64,000 nt of DNA from Alphaproteobacteria bacterium (lineage in GTDB: Bacteria > Pseudomonadota > Alphaproteobacteria > Bin95): contig OZ219786.1 of NCBI GenBank assembly GCA_964291285.2, forward strand, positions 1,369,675 through 1,433,674, given 5' to 3'. The position numbers and the translations under genes are program-made. Under the pieces are notes generated by a model. The model worked only from the letters and a program-made list of their open reading frames with translations. It made no database searches and was not told where the DNA came from. Positions 1 to 10,118 of the stretch are shown piece after piece (position 1 is the stretch's first letter; every line of letters begins with the position of its first letter).

Positions 1-530
1 GTGAAGAAGCCGGTAATGTCGGCGACGGTGAAGTCCGGCCCGGCGACGAATTCGTTCCTCGCCATATGCGGCTCGGCGCGGTCGAAGAGCACGCCGGCCA
101 TCTCCCTGCCCCGGCCGACCATGGCCTCCGACTGCGGGAGGTCCGTGCGGGTGCCCGGCACGACCTTGCCGGCGAAGTTCGGCAGCCGGTTGCGCAGCGC
201 GTGCAGGAGCGGGATGAAGGCGTCCAGCTCGAAGCGCCGCATCCACATGTCGATAACGGCGCGCTCGGCCGGCGTGCGTCCGAACAGCGGCGGCTCCGGG
301 TGCAGCTCTTCCAGATAGCTGCAGATCGACATGGATTCGGCGATCACCGTGCCGTCGTCCAGCGCCAGGAACGGCACGCAGTGGAAGGGGTTCATCGAGG
401 TGAAGGGCTCGGCGAACTGCTCGTCCTCGCGCACGTTCAACTGCTCGGTCGGCAGCTCCAGCCCCTTCTCGGCCAGATAGACGCGGACGCGCTGGGAGCT
501 GGGCGCCGGCGTGAAATCGTAGAACTTCAT
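1..530 (-). CDS. Glutathione S-transferase family protein (3' end outside window)
   Basis: Manual minus-strand translation from ATG at 530: MKFYDFTPAPSSQRVRVYLAEKG...NPFHCVPFLALDDGTVIAESMSICSYLEELHPEPPLFG, typical GST N-terminal motifs; not in the ORF track because it runs off the window. Confidence 0.9.
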   Translation of the reverse strand, partial: MKFYDFTPAPSSQRVRVYLAEKGLELPTEQLNVREDEQFAEPFTSMNPFHCVPFLALDDGTVIAESMSICSYLEELHPEPPLFGRTPAERAVIDMWMRRFELDAFIPLLHALRNRLPNFAGKVVPGTRTDLPQSEAMVGRGREMAGVLFDRAEPHMARNEFVAGPDFTVADITGFF

Positions 531-731
531 GGGTCGTTTCCTCTTGCCCCGGCGGCTAAACCATAGACGAGCCGGGTCCCGCCTCCAAACCGCGCCCCGG
601 CTCCGAAGCGCCCTCAGGGCTCCCCCACCCTGACAGGCGCATCCCCCGCCGCCTCGATGAAGCGCCGGTCGAAAGTCAGCATGGCCTCGCAATCCCCTGC
701 GGCGCCGAGATGCAGCGCAAAGGCCCTGCCG

Positions 732-1679
732 TTACTCCGCCGCCAGGTCCTTCTGGTCGTCCGCGTTGTAGTTGGCGTCGTACCACCAGGCGAGGTGGTC
801 CTCGTAGATGACGGGCGGCCAGCGGGGCGGGTTGTCCGGGCCGGTGCAGGTCGGCGCGCAGCGGATTTCGGCGTCGAGGTTCGGGCCGAAGAAATAGGGG
901 ATGGCGTAGCGGTGCCGGTCCTGAGGCGGCTGGGCGCGGTGCGGGGTGGACTGGTAGCGCCCGTTGGTCCAGCGGTGCAGCATGTCGCCCGTGTTGACGA
1001 CGAAGCTGTCCTCGACGAACGGCACGTCCTCCCAGTCTCCGCCCTCCGGCCGGATCTGCAGGCCCGGCACGTCCGACTGCGCGAGGAAGGTGAGGAAGTT
1101 GGTGTCGGTGTGCGGCGCGATGCCGTAAAGGCCCGGCTCGCGCGCGGCGGGCGGGTAGTGCGAGAGCCGGAAGGAGAACTGGCTGCGGGTGAAATGCGGG
1201 TCGAACCAGTCCTCCGGCAGGCCGAGGGAGAGCGAGAGCGCCGGCAGCACGCCGAGCGCCAGCCGGTCGATCGTCCCGCAATAGTCGAGCACCGTCTCGC
1301 GGAAGCCCGGCAGGTTCTCCGGCCAGCGGTTCGGACCGGCGAAGCGCCGCCCGGCGAGCGGGTCGTCGGGCCCGCGCTCGCGCTTGATGAAGAAGGCCTC
1401 GTTCATGTCCGGTTTGGCTTCCGCCTCGCTCACGCGCGAGGTGCGCACATTGTAGCGCGCCATTGCCATGTAGCCGTTATTGTGCTCGTTCATCAGCACG
1501 GCGTGCTTGGCTTCGTCCGGCTGGGCGTGGAAGCGCCGGGCCTCCGCGAACATGGCGGCGATCTTCTCCTGCGGCACGCCGTGGTTCACGACGATGAAGA
1601 AGCCCACATGCTCCAGCGTGGCGGCGAGCGCGTCGGCGACTTCCTCCCGGCTCCGGGACAGGTCGATCAACGGAATCAT
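732..1679 (-). CDS. Isopenicillin N synthase-family 2-oxoglutarate/Fe(II) oxygenase
   Basis: IPLIDLS, GFFIVVNHGV, HTD...H facial triad (PHTDT, STPHR), VVNTGDMLHRWTNG. Confidence 0.9.
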   Translation of the reverse strand: MIPLIDLSRSREEVADALAATLEHVGFFIVVNHGVPQEKIAAMFAEARRFHAQPDEAKHAVLMNEHNNGYMAMARYNVRTSRVSEAEAKPDMNEAFFIKRERGPDDPLAGRRFAGPNRWPENLPGFRETVLDYCGTIDRLALGVLPALSLSLGLPEDWFDPHFTRSQFSFRLSHYPPAAREPGLYGIAPHTDTNFLTFLAQSDVPGLQIRPEGGDWEDVPFVEDSFVVNTGDMLHRWTNGRYQSTPHRAQPPQDRHRYAIPYFFGPNLDAEIRCAPTCTGPDNPPRWPPVIYEDHLAWWYDANYNADDQKDLAAE

Positions 1680-1709
1680 GGCGCCGTCTCCCTCCGTTGC
1701 TCCCCCAGT

Positions 1710-3101
1710 CTAGCCGATTACGACCGGCTCGACCGCCTCCAGCAGCCAGCGGGCGAAGCCGGTCATGCGCGCGTCCGCGCCGAAGGCCCCCATCACCTGC
1801 GCGCCGACCGGCAGGCCGCCCACCGCCATCAGCGGCATGGAGACCGCAGGCGCGAACAGGATCGAGGCGGGCGTGTTGAACACCGCATCGCCCGTCGGTC
1901 TGGCCAGCGGCGGCTCGCCCGGCCTGTCGCCGGCCCACACATGCGCCGGGCCCGGGCAGCTCAGCATCAGCGCGCCGTCTACCGCCTCCAGCGCGCGGGC
2001 CCACGCCGCCTGCGCCGCCTCGCGCCCGTCGAGCGCGGCATGGTAGTCCGCCACGCTCATCGCCTCGGCGGCCTCCAGCGACTGGCGGGCGCGGAAGCTG
2101 ATCGCGTCCGGGCCCATGTCCGCGAGCGCCCGGTGCAGCCAGCGGTTTTCCCAGCCGATGATCGCGTAGCAGATGGCCGACGCCCGCATGAGTTCCGCGT
2201 CGAGGGCCGCCAGCAAAGGGTCGTCCGCCGGGCGCAGCACCGTCACGCCCGCCGCCACCACGGCTTCCAGCAGGCGGCCGAACGCCTCTTTGGCCGCATC
2301 GTCGAGCATGGGCCAGCCCGTGCCCTCGATAGCCAGCAGGCGGCGCGGCTTTTCGGCCGGCGGCGGGTCGGACGGGCCGGCGAGGCCGCGATGGCCGGGG
2401 TCGCCGCCCGCGCGCTTCGCGATCTCGGCCGCCATCCGCCACATGTCCTCAATGGAATTGGCGTGGACGCCGTTGACGCTCTGGCTGCTCGCCTGGCGCT
2501 CGCCGCGGTTGATCGCGCCCTTGCTCGGCTTCAGCGCGATGTTGCCGCAATAGCCCGCCGGGCGGACGATGGAGCCGCCCACCTGGCTGCCGATGGCGGC
2601 CGGCAGCATCCCCGCCGCCACCGCCGCCGCCGAGCCCGAGGAGGAGCCGCCGGGCGTGCGCGCCGGGTCGAAGGGGTTGGTCGTCGGGCCCGGATGCGCG
2701 CCGCCGAGCTCCGAGGTCACGGTCTTGGCGAGCACGACCGCGCCGGCCTCGCGCAAGGCCGCCACCGCCGCATTGTCGCGCTTGGGGAAATTGCCCCGGT
2801 AGGCTTCGCAGCCCATCTGGGTCGGCATGGTGCGCGTTTCCAGCAGGTCCTTGATGCCGACCGGCATCCCGTCAACGGGCGAGAGGGCCCGGCCCGCCCG
2901 CCAGCGTGCGGCGCTCGCATCCGCCGCCTCGCGCGCGCCCTCGATGTCGGTCGCAACCAGCGCCTGCACCGCCGGCTCCCGCGCCTCGACGGTTTCGAGG
3001 CAACGCTCCAGGTAGGCGCGCGGCGTATCGCTGCCGTCGCGGAAGCCGGGCAGCGCGTCGTGGAAGGTGAGGCCGCGGAAGGTCTTCGGATCGTATCGCA
3101 T
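1710..3101 (-). CDS. Amidase signature family protein
   Basis: GMPVGIKD, TPGGSSSGSAAAVAAG, GSQVGGSIVRPAGYCG. Confidence 0.92.
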   Translation of the reverse strand: MRYDPKTFRGLTFHDALPGFRDGSDTPRAYLERCLETVEAREPAVQALVATDIEGAREAADASAARWRAGRALSPVDGMPVGIKDLLETRTMPTQMGCEAYRGNFPKRDNAAVAALREAGAVVLAKTVTSELGGAHPGPTTNPFDPARTPGGSSSGSAAAVAAGMLPAAIGSQVGGSIVRPAGYCGNIALKPSKGAINRGERQASSQSVNGVHANSIEDMWRMAAEIAKRAGGDPGHRGLAGPSDPPPAEKPRRLLAIEGTGWPMLDDAAKEAFGRLLEAVVAAGVTVLRPADDPLLAALDAELMRASAICYAIIGWENRWLHRALADMGPDAISFRARQSLEAAEAMSVADYHAALDGREAAQAAWARALEAVDGALMLSCPGPAHVWAGDRPGEPPLARPTGDAVFNTPASILFAPAVSMPLMAVGGLPVGAQVMGAFGADARMTGFARWLLEAVEPVVIG

Positions 3102-3242
3102 GGCGCGAGCCTAGCCCGGTTGCCTCCCGCTTGTCATGGCCGGCTCCCGCATTGCGCCCCGGCCCCCTGTATCGGGGACGCCGATGCCGCTAGGCTTCGG
3201 CCTTGCCCGGCGCGCCGGCCCCTGCCGGGCGGAGGACACGCC

Positions 3243-4415
3243 ATGCCGCGTTTCCGGACGGTCTGCCTTGCGCTCCTTCTGGTCCTGCCCGCTGCGGCCG
3301 ACGGGAAGGACCTGAAGCCGAAACTCGGGGATATCGGCGGGGCCTTCTATGCGGAGGTGTCGGAGAGCCGCGGGGTCTGCCGGAGCGCGGTCGAGGGCAG
3401 GATCGCGCTCTGCCGTCTGAACACGGGCTTCGAGGACGAGGCCGGGAACCGGGAATACGCAAGCTGCCTGCCGGTCTTCGAATGGCAGGCCGAGAGCTGC
3501 GCCGCCCATTTCCGGCGCCAGGCCGGCAAGTGCGAGGGCCGGGGCCCGGCGCGCATCGACGGCTTCGCCCGCTTCGGCTGCACGGTGGCGGCGAAGGCCG
3601 GGGAGGAGAGCGGCGGGCCGGTCGTCGCGCCGGTCGACCGGGCGATGCAGGCGCGGGTGCGGACCGGTATCCGCAGCGGGCCCGGACCCGGCCACGCCAG
3701 GACCGGGGTGCTGGAAGCCGGCCGGGAGGTGCGGGTGACGGGCGAGGCCGGGGCGTGGCTCAGGATCGAGGCGCCCGGCGGCGGCGCGGCCTTCGTCCAC
3801 GGCTCGCGGCTCGTCCCGCCCGGCCCGAAAGAGCGGGACCCGGCCGCCGGCCTCGCGCCGACATGCGTGGGCATGAGCCCGGGCGCGGCCTGCTGGCACG
3901 AACTCGCCGACCCGCCGGGCTGCCGCTTCTGGTACGACTACTACAATCCCGGGTTGAGCTGGGCCTGGTCGGGCGCGTGCAGGGCCGGCGTCGCCGAGGG
4001 GCAGGGCGCGCTGGCGGCGGCGTCCGCCGGCGGGTCGGTCCACCTCATCGGCGCGTTCGGCGGCGGCAGGATGCAGGGCCTGTGGGTCGTCCGCTACGCC
4101 GACGGCAGGATCGACCGCGGCCCCTACCTGGACGGCAGGCGGCACGGCCGCTGGGTGGACCGCTACGCCGACGGCAGGGTCGATGAAGGCGCCTACGCGC
4201 ACGGCAGGAAGCACGGCCGCTGGGTGGATCGCTACGCCAGCGGCAACCGCCTCGAATACGAATATCGCGACGGCTCGGTGGACGGGCTGCCGGGGGTCTA
4301 TATCGCCGCGGACGGGGAACGCCGTCCGGGGCGCTGGTCCGGCAACTGCTTCCTGGACGGCGAAGGCCGTCTGCTGGTCCAGCGCGGCGGCGGGGAGACA
4401 TGCCCGCCGGGATAG
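3243..4415 (+). CDS. Secreted protein with SH3-like domain, Cys-rich segments and C-terminal MORN-like repeats
   Basis: GGAGG RBS then ATG 3243; signal peptide MPRFRTVCLALLLVLPAAA; IRSGPG...GAWLRIE...AFVHGSRL (SH3_3-like); repeated G-x-W-V-x-R-Y-A-D-G units. Confidence 0.75.
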   Translation: MPRFRTVCLALLLVLPAAADGKDLKPKLGDIGGAFYAEVSESRGVCRSAVEGRIALCRLNTGFEDEAGNREYASCLPVFEWQAESCAAHFRRQAGKCEGRGPARIDGFARFGCTVAAKAGEESGGPVVAPVDRAMQARVRTGIRSGPGPGHARTGVLEAGREVRVTGEAGAWLRIEAPGGGAAFVHGSRLVPPGPKERDPAAGLAPTCVGMSPGAACWHELADPPGCRFWYDYYNPGLSWAWSGACRAGVAEGQGALAAASAGGSVHLIGAFGGGRMQGLWVVRYADGRIDRGPYLDGRRHGRWVDRYADGRVDEGAYAHGRKHGRWVDRYASGNRLEYEYRDGSVDGLPGVYIAADGERRPGRWSGNCFLDGEGRLLVQRGGGETCPPG

Positions 4416-4442
4416 CGGAAGGCGCTCCGGTTCGCGCGAACG

Positions 4443-4709
4443 TCACGCCGGAGGCAGGGCCAGCGGAACGAGTTTCGACTGTCCGATCACCCGGTTGCGG
4501 GTAAGCAGGGGAACGTTATGCACGGCGCTGGTCGCCGCGATGATCCCGTCGGCCGGGTCGGCGCGGAAGTCGAGCTGGACCGGCTTTGCAAGCTCCCACA
4601 GCACGATGGCCGAAATCGACCAGCCGTTCCGCTCCAGCAAGGCGCTCTCGGCAGGCCGAAGCCCGCCGGAGAGGGCGAAAACGAGGATGTGGGTGTCAGG
4701 ATTCGGCGC
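4443..4709 (-). pseudogene. Degenerate VapC/PIN toxin
   Basis: Frame reads (A)PNPDTHILVFAL...ISAIVLWELAK...DPADGIIAATS...LLTRN; no start codon before DTH and the central part appears deleted. Confidence 0.7.
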
Positions 4710-4920
4710 CGGCGTTCCACTCGAGGCCCGTGCTGAAGATGTCGCCCCGGACCTTCACCTTGTGGCTGAGGCTGCCGATGAGCCCGGCGTGCCGCCGCTC
4801 GTAGGGAAGCAGGCGCGCGACCGGTTTTCCACGCCTGGTGATGACCAGGCCGTCATCGCCGAGGTCGTCCAGCAGGGCCAGGCACCGCTCCTTGAATTTC
4901 GCGGCGTCGATGGTCTTCAT
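4696..4920 (-). CDS. Phd/YefM-family antitoxin
   Basis: MKTIDAAKFKERCLALLD...LVITRRGKPVARL; overlaps the PIN remnant. Confidence 0.85.
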   Translation of the reverse strand: MKTIDAAKFKERCLALLDDLGDDGLVITRRGKPVARLLPYERRHAGLIGSLSHKVKVRGDIFSTGLEWNAGAES

Positions 4921-5070
4921 CGTTCCGCCTCCCCGTAATGCGTCACAATTTTGCGGCCAGCCAATCAAAGTGTCCATATAGAAGCATGTGCGGCTGTGCC
5001 CGGTCCGCCTTGATTGCCCGGAGCGGAAATGCCATGCCTTGAGCCGGCGGCGGAACGCGGGGGACGCGGG

Positions 5071-6381
5071 ATGGCGGAATATCTGAAGCGGGGCCGGACG
5101 GCGGCCGAGCGCGCGGCGGCGGATGCGAAGGTGCGCGCGGCCGTCGAGGCGATCCTGGAGGACATAAGCGCGCGCGGCGACGAGGCGGTGCGGGCGCTCT
5201 CGGAGAAGTTCGACGACTGGTCGCCGGAGAGTTTCAGGCTTGGCGAGCAGGAGATCGAGCGGGCGCTCTCGCAGGTGGCGAAGCGCGACCTCGACGACAT
5301 CCGCTTCGCGCAGGCCCAGGTGCGCGGCTTCGCGGAGCACCAGCGCGCCGCGCTCCGGGACATCGAGGTGGAGACCCTGCCGGGCGTCGTGCTGGGGCAC
5401 CGCAACATCCCGGTGAACTCGGTCGGCTGCTATGCGCCCGGCGGGAAGTATCCCATCGTCGCCTCGGTGCATATGAGCGTGGTGACGGCCAAGGCCGCCG
5501 GCGTGCCGCGCATCGTAGCCGCCGCCCCGCCCGCGCAGGGCGGCGGGCCGCATCCGGCGACGGTCGCCGCCATGCATATGGGCGGGGCTGACGAAATCCT
5601 GGTGCTGGGCGGCGTGCAGGCCGTGGGCGCGATGGCGCTCGGCACGGAGACGGTCGCGCCGGTGGACATGCTGGTCGGCCCCGGCAACGCCTTCGTCGCC
5701 GAGGCCAAGCGCCAGCTCTTCGGCCGCGTCGGCATCGACCTGCTGGCGGGCCCGACCGAGACCCTGCTGATCGCCGACGACACGGTGGACGCCGAGCTCT
5801 GCGCGACCGACCTGCTGGGCCAGGCCGAGCACGGGCCGGACAGCCCGGCCATTCTGGTCACCAATTCGCGCGCGCTCGCCGAAGCCACCATGGCCGAGGT
5901 CGACCGGCTGCTGGCGATCCTGCCGACAGCCGCCAATGCGGGCGCCGCCTGGCGCGACTATGGCGAGGTGATCCTCTGCGCGGACCATGACGAGATGCTG
6001 GCGGAAGCCGAGCGCCTCGCCTCGGAGCATGTGCAGGTGATGACCGACCGCGACGAGTGGTATCTGGAGCACATGACCTGCTACGGCGCGCTGTTCCTCG
6101 GGCCGCGCACCAACGTCTCCTACGGCGACAAGGTCATCGGCACCAACCACACGCTGCCCACCCGCCGCGCGGCGCGCTACACGGGCGGCCTCTGGGTCGG
6201 CAAGTTCATCAAGACGCATACTTACCAGCGCATCCTGACCGACGAGGCCTCGGCGGTGCTCGGCGAGGTCTGCTCGCGGCTCTGCATGCTGGAGGGCTTC
6301 GTCGGCCATGCCGAGCAGGCCAATATCCGCGTCCGCCGCCTCGGCGGCCGCAACATCCCCTACGGCGCGGCGGCGGAGTGA
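5071..6381 (+). CDS. Histidinol dehydrogenase-family paralogue (HpsN-like NAD-dependent dehydrogenase)
   Basis: [46 protein letters not shown]; lies outside a his operon. Confidence 0.85.
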   Translation: MAEYLKRGRTAAERAAADAKVRAAVEAILEDISARGDEAVRALSEKFDDWSPESFRLGEQEIERALSQVAKRDLDDIRFAQAQVRGFAEHQRAALRDIEVETLPGVVLGHRNIPVNSVGCYAPGGKYPIVASVHMSVVTAKAAGVPRIVAAAPPAQGGGPHPATVAAMHMGGADEILVLGGVQAVGAMALGTETVAPVDMLVGPGNAFVAEAKRQLFGRVGIDLLAGPTETLLIADDTVDAELCATDLLGQAEHGPDSPAILVTNSRALAEATMAEVDRLLAILPTAANAGAAWRDYGEVILCADHDEMLAEAERLASEHVQVMTDRDEWYLEHMTCYGALFLGPRTNVSYGDKVIGTNHTLPTRRAARYTGGLWVGKFIKTHTYQRILTDEASAVLGEVCSRLCMLEGFVGHAEQANIRVRRLGGRNIPYGAAAE

Positions 6382-6394
6382 CGGGACAGGTGAA

Positions 6395-7925
6395 ATGGAC
6401 ACCGGATCGAAGAAGCCCATTTTAGCTTTCGCAGCGGCGGCGGCGCTGTTCTTGTGCGGCTGCGTCGCCACCCCGGGGGGCCAAGCCGCGCGCGACGCAG
6501 GCGGCGTGCCGATCAGCCTTTCGCAATGGACGCCGATGGACATAAAGGACTTCGCCATCGATACCCTTGACGTCGGGGTTCATTTCTATGCCGCCCCGGA
6601 ACGGCGCATCCGCAACAACAGCATGGAGCAGCAGCGCATAAGGTTCGACGGAGGGCAGCTCTATGTAGAAAGAGTCGGCAGGACCGGAGTCTACAGCTAC
6701 GGCACCACGTCGCGATTGATTTCCGAGGAGAATTTCAGAAGCGCAGCGGAACACTAGGCCCTGTGGACGTATTGACTCAGGAGCGTGTTCAGGGATTCCC
6801 GTGCGAGGATTTGTCTGAATCATGAGGCGTCGGCGATTCGGGGGTTTCGTTGATGTCGACGAAGATGACGAATGGAGACTGGGAGGTTGCGCTGGAGGTT
6901 TTCCGGCTTTGCCTTCCGAGGCGGGGTGCGAAGGCGAAGGACGACCGTCTGTTTCTGGAGGCGCTGCACTTCTTTGCGGTTCACAACATCACCTGGCGGG
7001 CGCTGCCGGAGCGGTTCGGGCACTGGAATACGGTATGGCGGCGTTTTCACCGTCTGAGCCGTTCAGGGGTGTTCGAGGACTTTTTCGCCACGCTGGCGGA
7101 TTTGAGCAGCACGGCGCACCTGGTTCAGATGTTCGATTCGACCGTGACCCGCGCGCATGTATCGGCGGCCGGCGCAAAAGGGGGCAGCAGGGTCAGGCGC
7201 TTGGACGCTCGCGGGGCGGTTTCAGCACCAAAATCCACCTGAAGACCGATTTCGACGGCCTGCCGATCGCCTTCGACCTGACCGGCGGCGAGGCAGCCGA
7301 CAGTCCGCATTTCGAGACCCTGATGGACATCGGCCCCGATGTCCGGCCCCGCGCCATCGTCGCCGACAAGGGCTATGACAGCGCCGGAAACCGCCAACTC
7401 GCCCGGAAAAGAGGCGCCCTGACCGTCATTCCCTACCGGAAGAACATCAAAAACAGGCCAAAGCGCTTCGCAAGCGCGCTCTACAGAGGACGGGCGCGCA
7501 TCGAACAGGCCGTCGGCAAGCTCAAACGCTTCAAACGCATCGCCCTGCGCTGCGAAAAGACCGCCACAAACTTCAGCTCCTTCGTCGCACTCGCCGCTGC
7601 CTTCATCTTGATCAAATCCGTCCACAGGACCTACTACAGGAAAAACAAAGGAGCTGCTGTGATCGGGAAAATCGAAACGATAAGGAAATACAACGAACGC
7701 GCCGGCCACGTGGCTACCGTGCTCCAGGGAAACGGACAAGCCTGCATCTATGGAAGAGTGGCCTTTCTGAGCGCGGGGAAGTCGAATCCGAGACCCGACG
7801 AGCGGTTCGATACCTATGTCGATCTCGGGAACTGCGCCAAAGGCTGGACACTGGAAAAGCTGGCCTCCTGGCTGCGGACCGTGAACATCCGCCCCGCAGC
7901 CGGCGGGAAGACCCCGGAAGCATGA
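6395..7925 (+). pseudogene. Lipoprotein gene interrupted by IS5
   Basis: Lipobox LCGC; removing 6757-7631 and one TA restores the frame ...AAEH-YYRKNKG... to the stop at 7925. Confidence 0.75.
6757..7631 (+). mobile_element. IS5-family element (IS427-like, two-ORF frameshifted transposase), complete copy
   Basis: Terminal IRs GGCCCTGTGGAC / GTCCACAGGACC, TA target duplication, orfA WRALPERFGHWNTV, orfB GRSRGGFSTKIH, ADKGYD, RARIEQ; AAAAGGGGG slip site near 7176. Confidence 0.93.
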
Positions 7926-7932
7926 GCGAATA

Positions 7933-9003
7933 ATGACGGCCCTGCCCCCCGGCGCGATAGATTGCGACCTGCATCCGGCGCCGCCTTCCGTCTCGGCACT
8001 GCTGCCCTGGCTGGAGCCGCACTGGGCGGATGCGGCGGGGCAGCGGGGGCTGCACGAGCTGGAGACCATTGCCTGGCCGCCCGATGCGCCGCTCTCCTGC
8101 CGCCCGGACTGGCGCGATGGCGCCGCGCGGCCCGGCAGCGACCCGGCGCGCCTCATCCGGGACGCGGTGGACGGGTTCGGCACGCGCTACGCCATTCTCA
8201 ACTGCCTCTACGGCGCGCCGATGCTCTATTCCGAGGACATGGCGGCCGGCTTCTGCCGCGCGCTGAACGACTGGCTCAGGGCCGAGTGGCTCGACCGCGA
8301 CCCGCGCCTGCGCGCCTCGATAACCGTGCCGCCCCATGCCCCGGAACTCGCGGCTGAGGAGATCGAACGCGCGGCGGAGGACCGGCGCTTCGTGCAGGTT
8401 CTGCTGCCGGTGATGGGTGAGACGCCGCCCGGCCGGCGGGTCAACTGGCCGGTCTACGCCGCGGCCGAGCGGGCGGGCCTGCCGGTCGCCTTCCACGCCG
8501 GCTCCGCCTACCGCCACCCGCCGACGCCGGTCGGCTGGCCCTCCTACCTCGCCGAGGACTATGCCGCGCAGGCGACCGCCTTCCAGGCTGCGCTCACCAG
8601 CCTGATTGCCGAGGGCGTGTTCCGGAAGTTTCCGGAGCTCACCGTCGTCTTTGCGGAATCGGGCGTCGCCTGGCTGCCGGCGCATCTCTGGCGGCTAACG
8701 AAATACTGGCGGGGGCTGCGCATGGAGATCCCTTGGGTGGACCGCAGCCCGGAGGAGATCGTGCGCGAGCGCGTGCGCTTCACCATCCAGCCTTTCGATG
8801 CGCCGGAGGAGCCCGACGCCGTCGCCCGCCTGCTCGACCATCTCGGCTCCGACGACATGCTGCTGTTCGCCACCGACTACCCGCACTGGCAGTTCGACGG
8901 CATGGGCGCGCTCCCGGAAGGCTTGCCGGAGGGCCTCGTTCGGCGTATTGCGGTGGACAACCCGCTCAGCACCTATCCGCGCCTTGGGGAGGGAGAGCCA
9001 TGA
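7933..9003 (+). CDS. Amidohydrolase_2-fold protein (candidate accessory subunit of a dinuclear oxygenase)
   Basis: IDCDLH, AFHAG, AESG, FATDYPHWQ. Confidence 0.85.
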   Translation: MTALPPGAIDCDLHPAPPSVSALLPWLEPHWADAAGQRGLHELETIAWPPDAPLSCRPDWRDGAARPGSDPARLIRDAVDGFGTRYAILNCLYGAPMLYSEDMAAGFCRALNDWLRAEWLDRDPRLRASITVPPHAPELAAEEIERAAEDRRFVQVLLPVMGETPPGRRVNWPVYAAAERAGLPVAFHAGSAYRHPPTPVGWPSYLAEDYAAQATAFQAALTSLIAEGVFRKFPELTVVFAESGVAWLPAHLWRLTKYWRGLRMEIPWVDRSPEEIVRERVRFTIQPFDAPEEPDAVARLLDHLGSDDMLLFATDYPHWQFDGMGALPEGLPEGLVRRIAVDNPLSTYPRLGEGEP

Positions 9004-10118
9004 CGGTAGAGGTCCTGGACCGCCCGGCCGGCGAGAACGCCGCAGAGGCCGACACGCGGATCGCCGACTGCGACATCCATCCGAGCCCGAAATCGCTGGA
9101 GCGCGAGATCTACCCCTTCCTGGAGAAGCGCTGGCAGCGCCATATGGAGCGCTACGGCGCGCGGCCCCGCCAGCCTTTCCTGAACGGCCCGGCCTATCCG
9201 AAGGGCCAGCCCGACGCCGCCCGGCGCGACGCCTACCCGCCCGCCGGCGGCAGGCCCGGCAGCGACCTCGCCTTCATGCGCGAACAGCATCTCGACCCGC
9301 ACGATATCGGCTTCGGCGTGCTGAACCCGCTCAAGTCCGGCCAGGGCCTCCAGAACCTCGACTTCGCGGACGCCTATTGCCGCGCGATCAACGACTGGCA
9401 ACTCGCCTTCTGGACCCGCGAGGAGCCGCGCCTCAAGGCCTCGATCGTCGTTCCCTACGAGGACGCGGCGGCGTCGGTGCGCGAGATCGAGCGCTGCGCA
9501 GGCGAGGAGGACTATGTCCAGGTCTTCATGCTGAACCGCACGGCCGAGCCGATGGGCCAGCGCCGCTACTGGCCGATCTACGACGCCGCGGCGGCGGCCG
9601 GCCTGCCGCTCGCCGTCCACGCCTTCGGCTTCGGCGGCGCGCCGATCACCGGCGGCGGCTGGCCCTCCTACTATATCGAGGACATGACCGGCCACGCCCA
9701 GTCCAGCCAGGCGGTGCTCACCAGCATGGTCTTCGAGGGCGTGTTCGACCGGCTGCCGGGCCTCAGGATGGTGCTGATCGAGAGCGGCTTCGCCTGGCTG
9801 CCGGCGCTCTGCTGGCGGCTGGACCGGGTGTGGATGCGGATGCGCGACGAACTGCACCGCTGCAAGCGCCGGCCGAGCGAGATCGTCCGCGAGCAGGTGT
9901 TCCTCACCACCCAGCCGATGGAAGAGCCGGGCCGCCCGCGCCAGCTGGTCGAGTGCATCGACTGGATCGGCTGGGACAGGCTGCTCTTCGCGACCGACTA
10001 CCCGCACTGGGACTTCGACCAGCCGGATCGGGTGCTCCCCTCCTGGGTGGACGCAGGGAAGCGCCGGGCCTTCTTCACGGACAACGCGCTCAGGGTTTAC
10101 GGCCGGCAGATGCCGTGA
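9000..10118 (+). CDS. Amidohydrolase_2-fold protein (candidate catalytic subunit of a dinuclear oxygenase)
   Basis: ATGA overlap with the previous gene; IADCDIH, AVHAF, IESG, FATDYPHWD. Confidence 0.85.
   Translation: MTVEVLDRPAGENAAEADTRIADCDIHPSPKSLEREIYPFLEKRWQRHMERYGARPRQPFLNGPAYPKGQPDAARRDAYPPAGGRPGSDLAFMREQHLDPHDIGFGVLNPLKSGQGLQNLDFADAYCRAINDWQLAFWTREEPRLKASIVVPYEDAAASVREIERCAGEEDYVQVFMLNRTAEPMGQRRYWPIYDAAAAAGLPLAVHAFGFGGAPITGGGWPSYYIEDMTGHAQSSQAVLTSMVFEGVFDRLPGLRMVLIESGFAWLPALCWRLDRVWMRMRDELHRCKRRPSEIVREQVFLTTQPMEEPGRPRQLVECIDWIGWDRLLFATDYPHWDFDQPDRVLPSWVDAGKRRAFFTDNALRVYGRQMP

Noticed and set aside
657-3242. N-terminal 860 aa of the 1252-aa ORF 657-4415, and many other long ORFs in the track
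   Set aside because: Antisense or alternate-frame shadows of real genes in high-GC DNA; the real start is 3243 with RBS and signal peptide.
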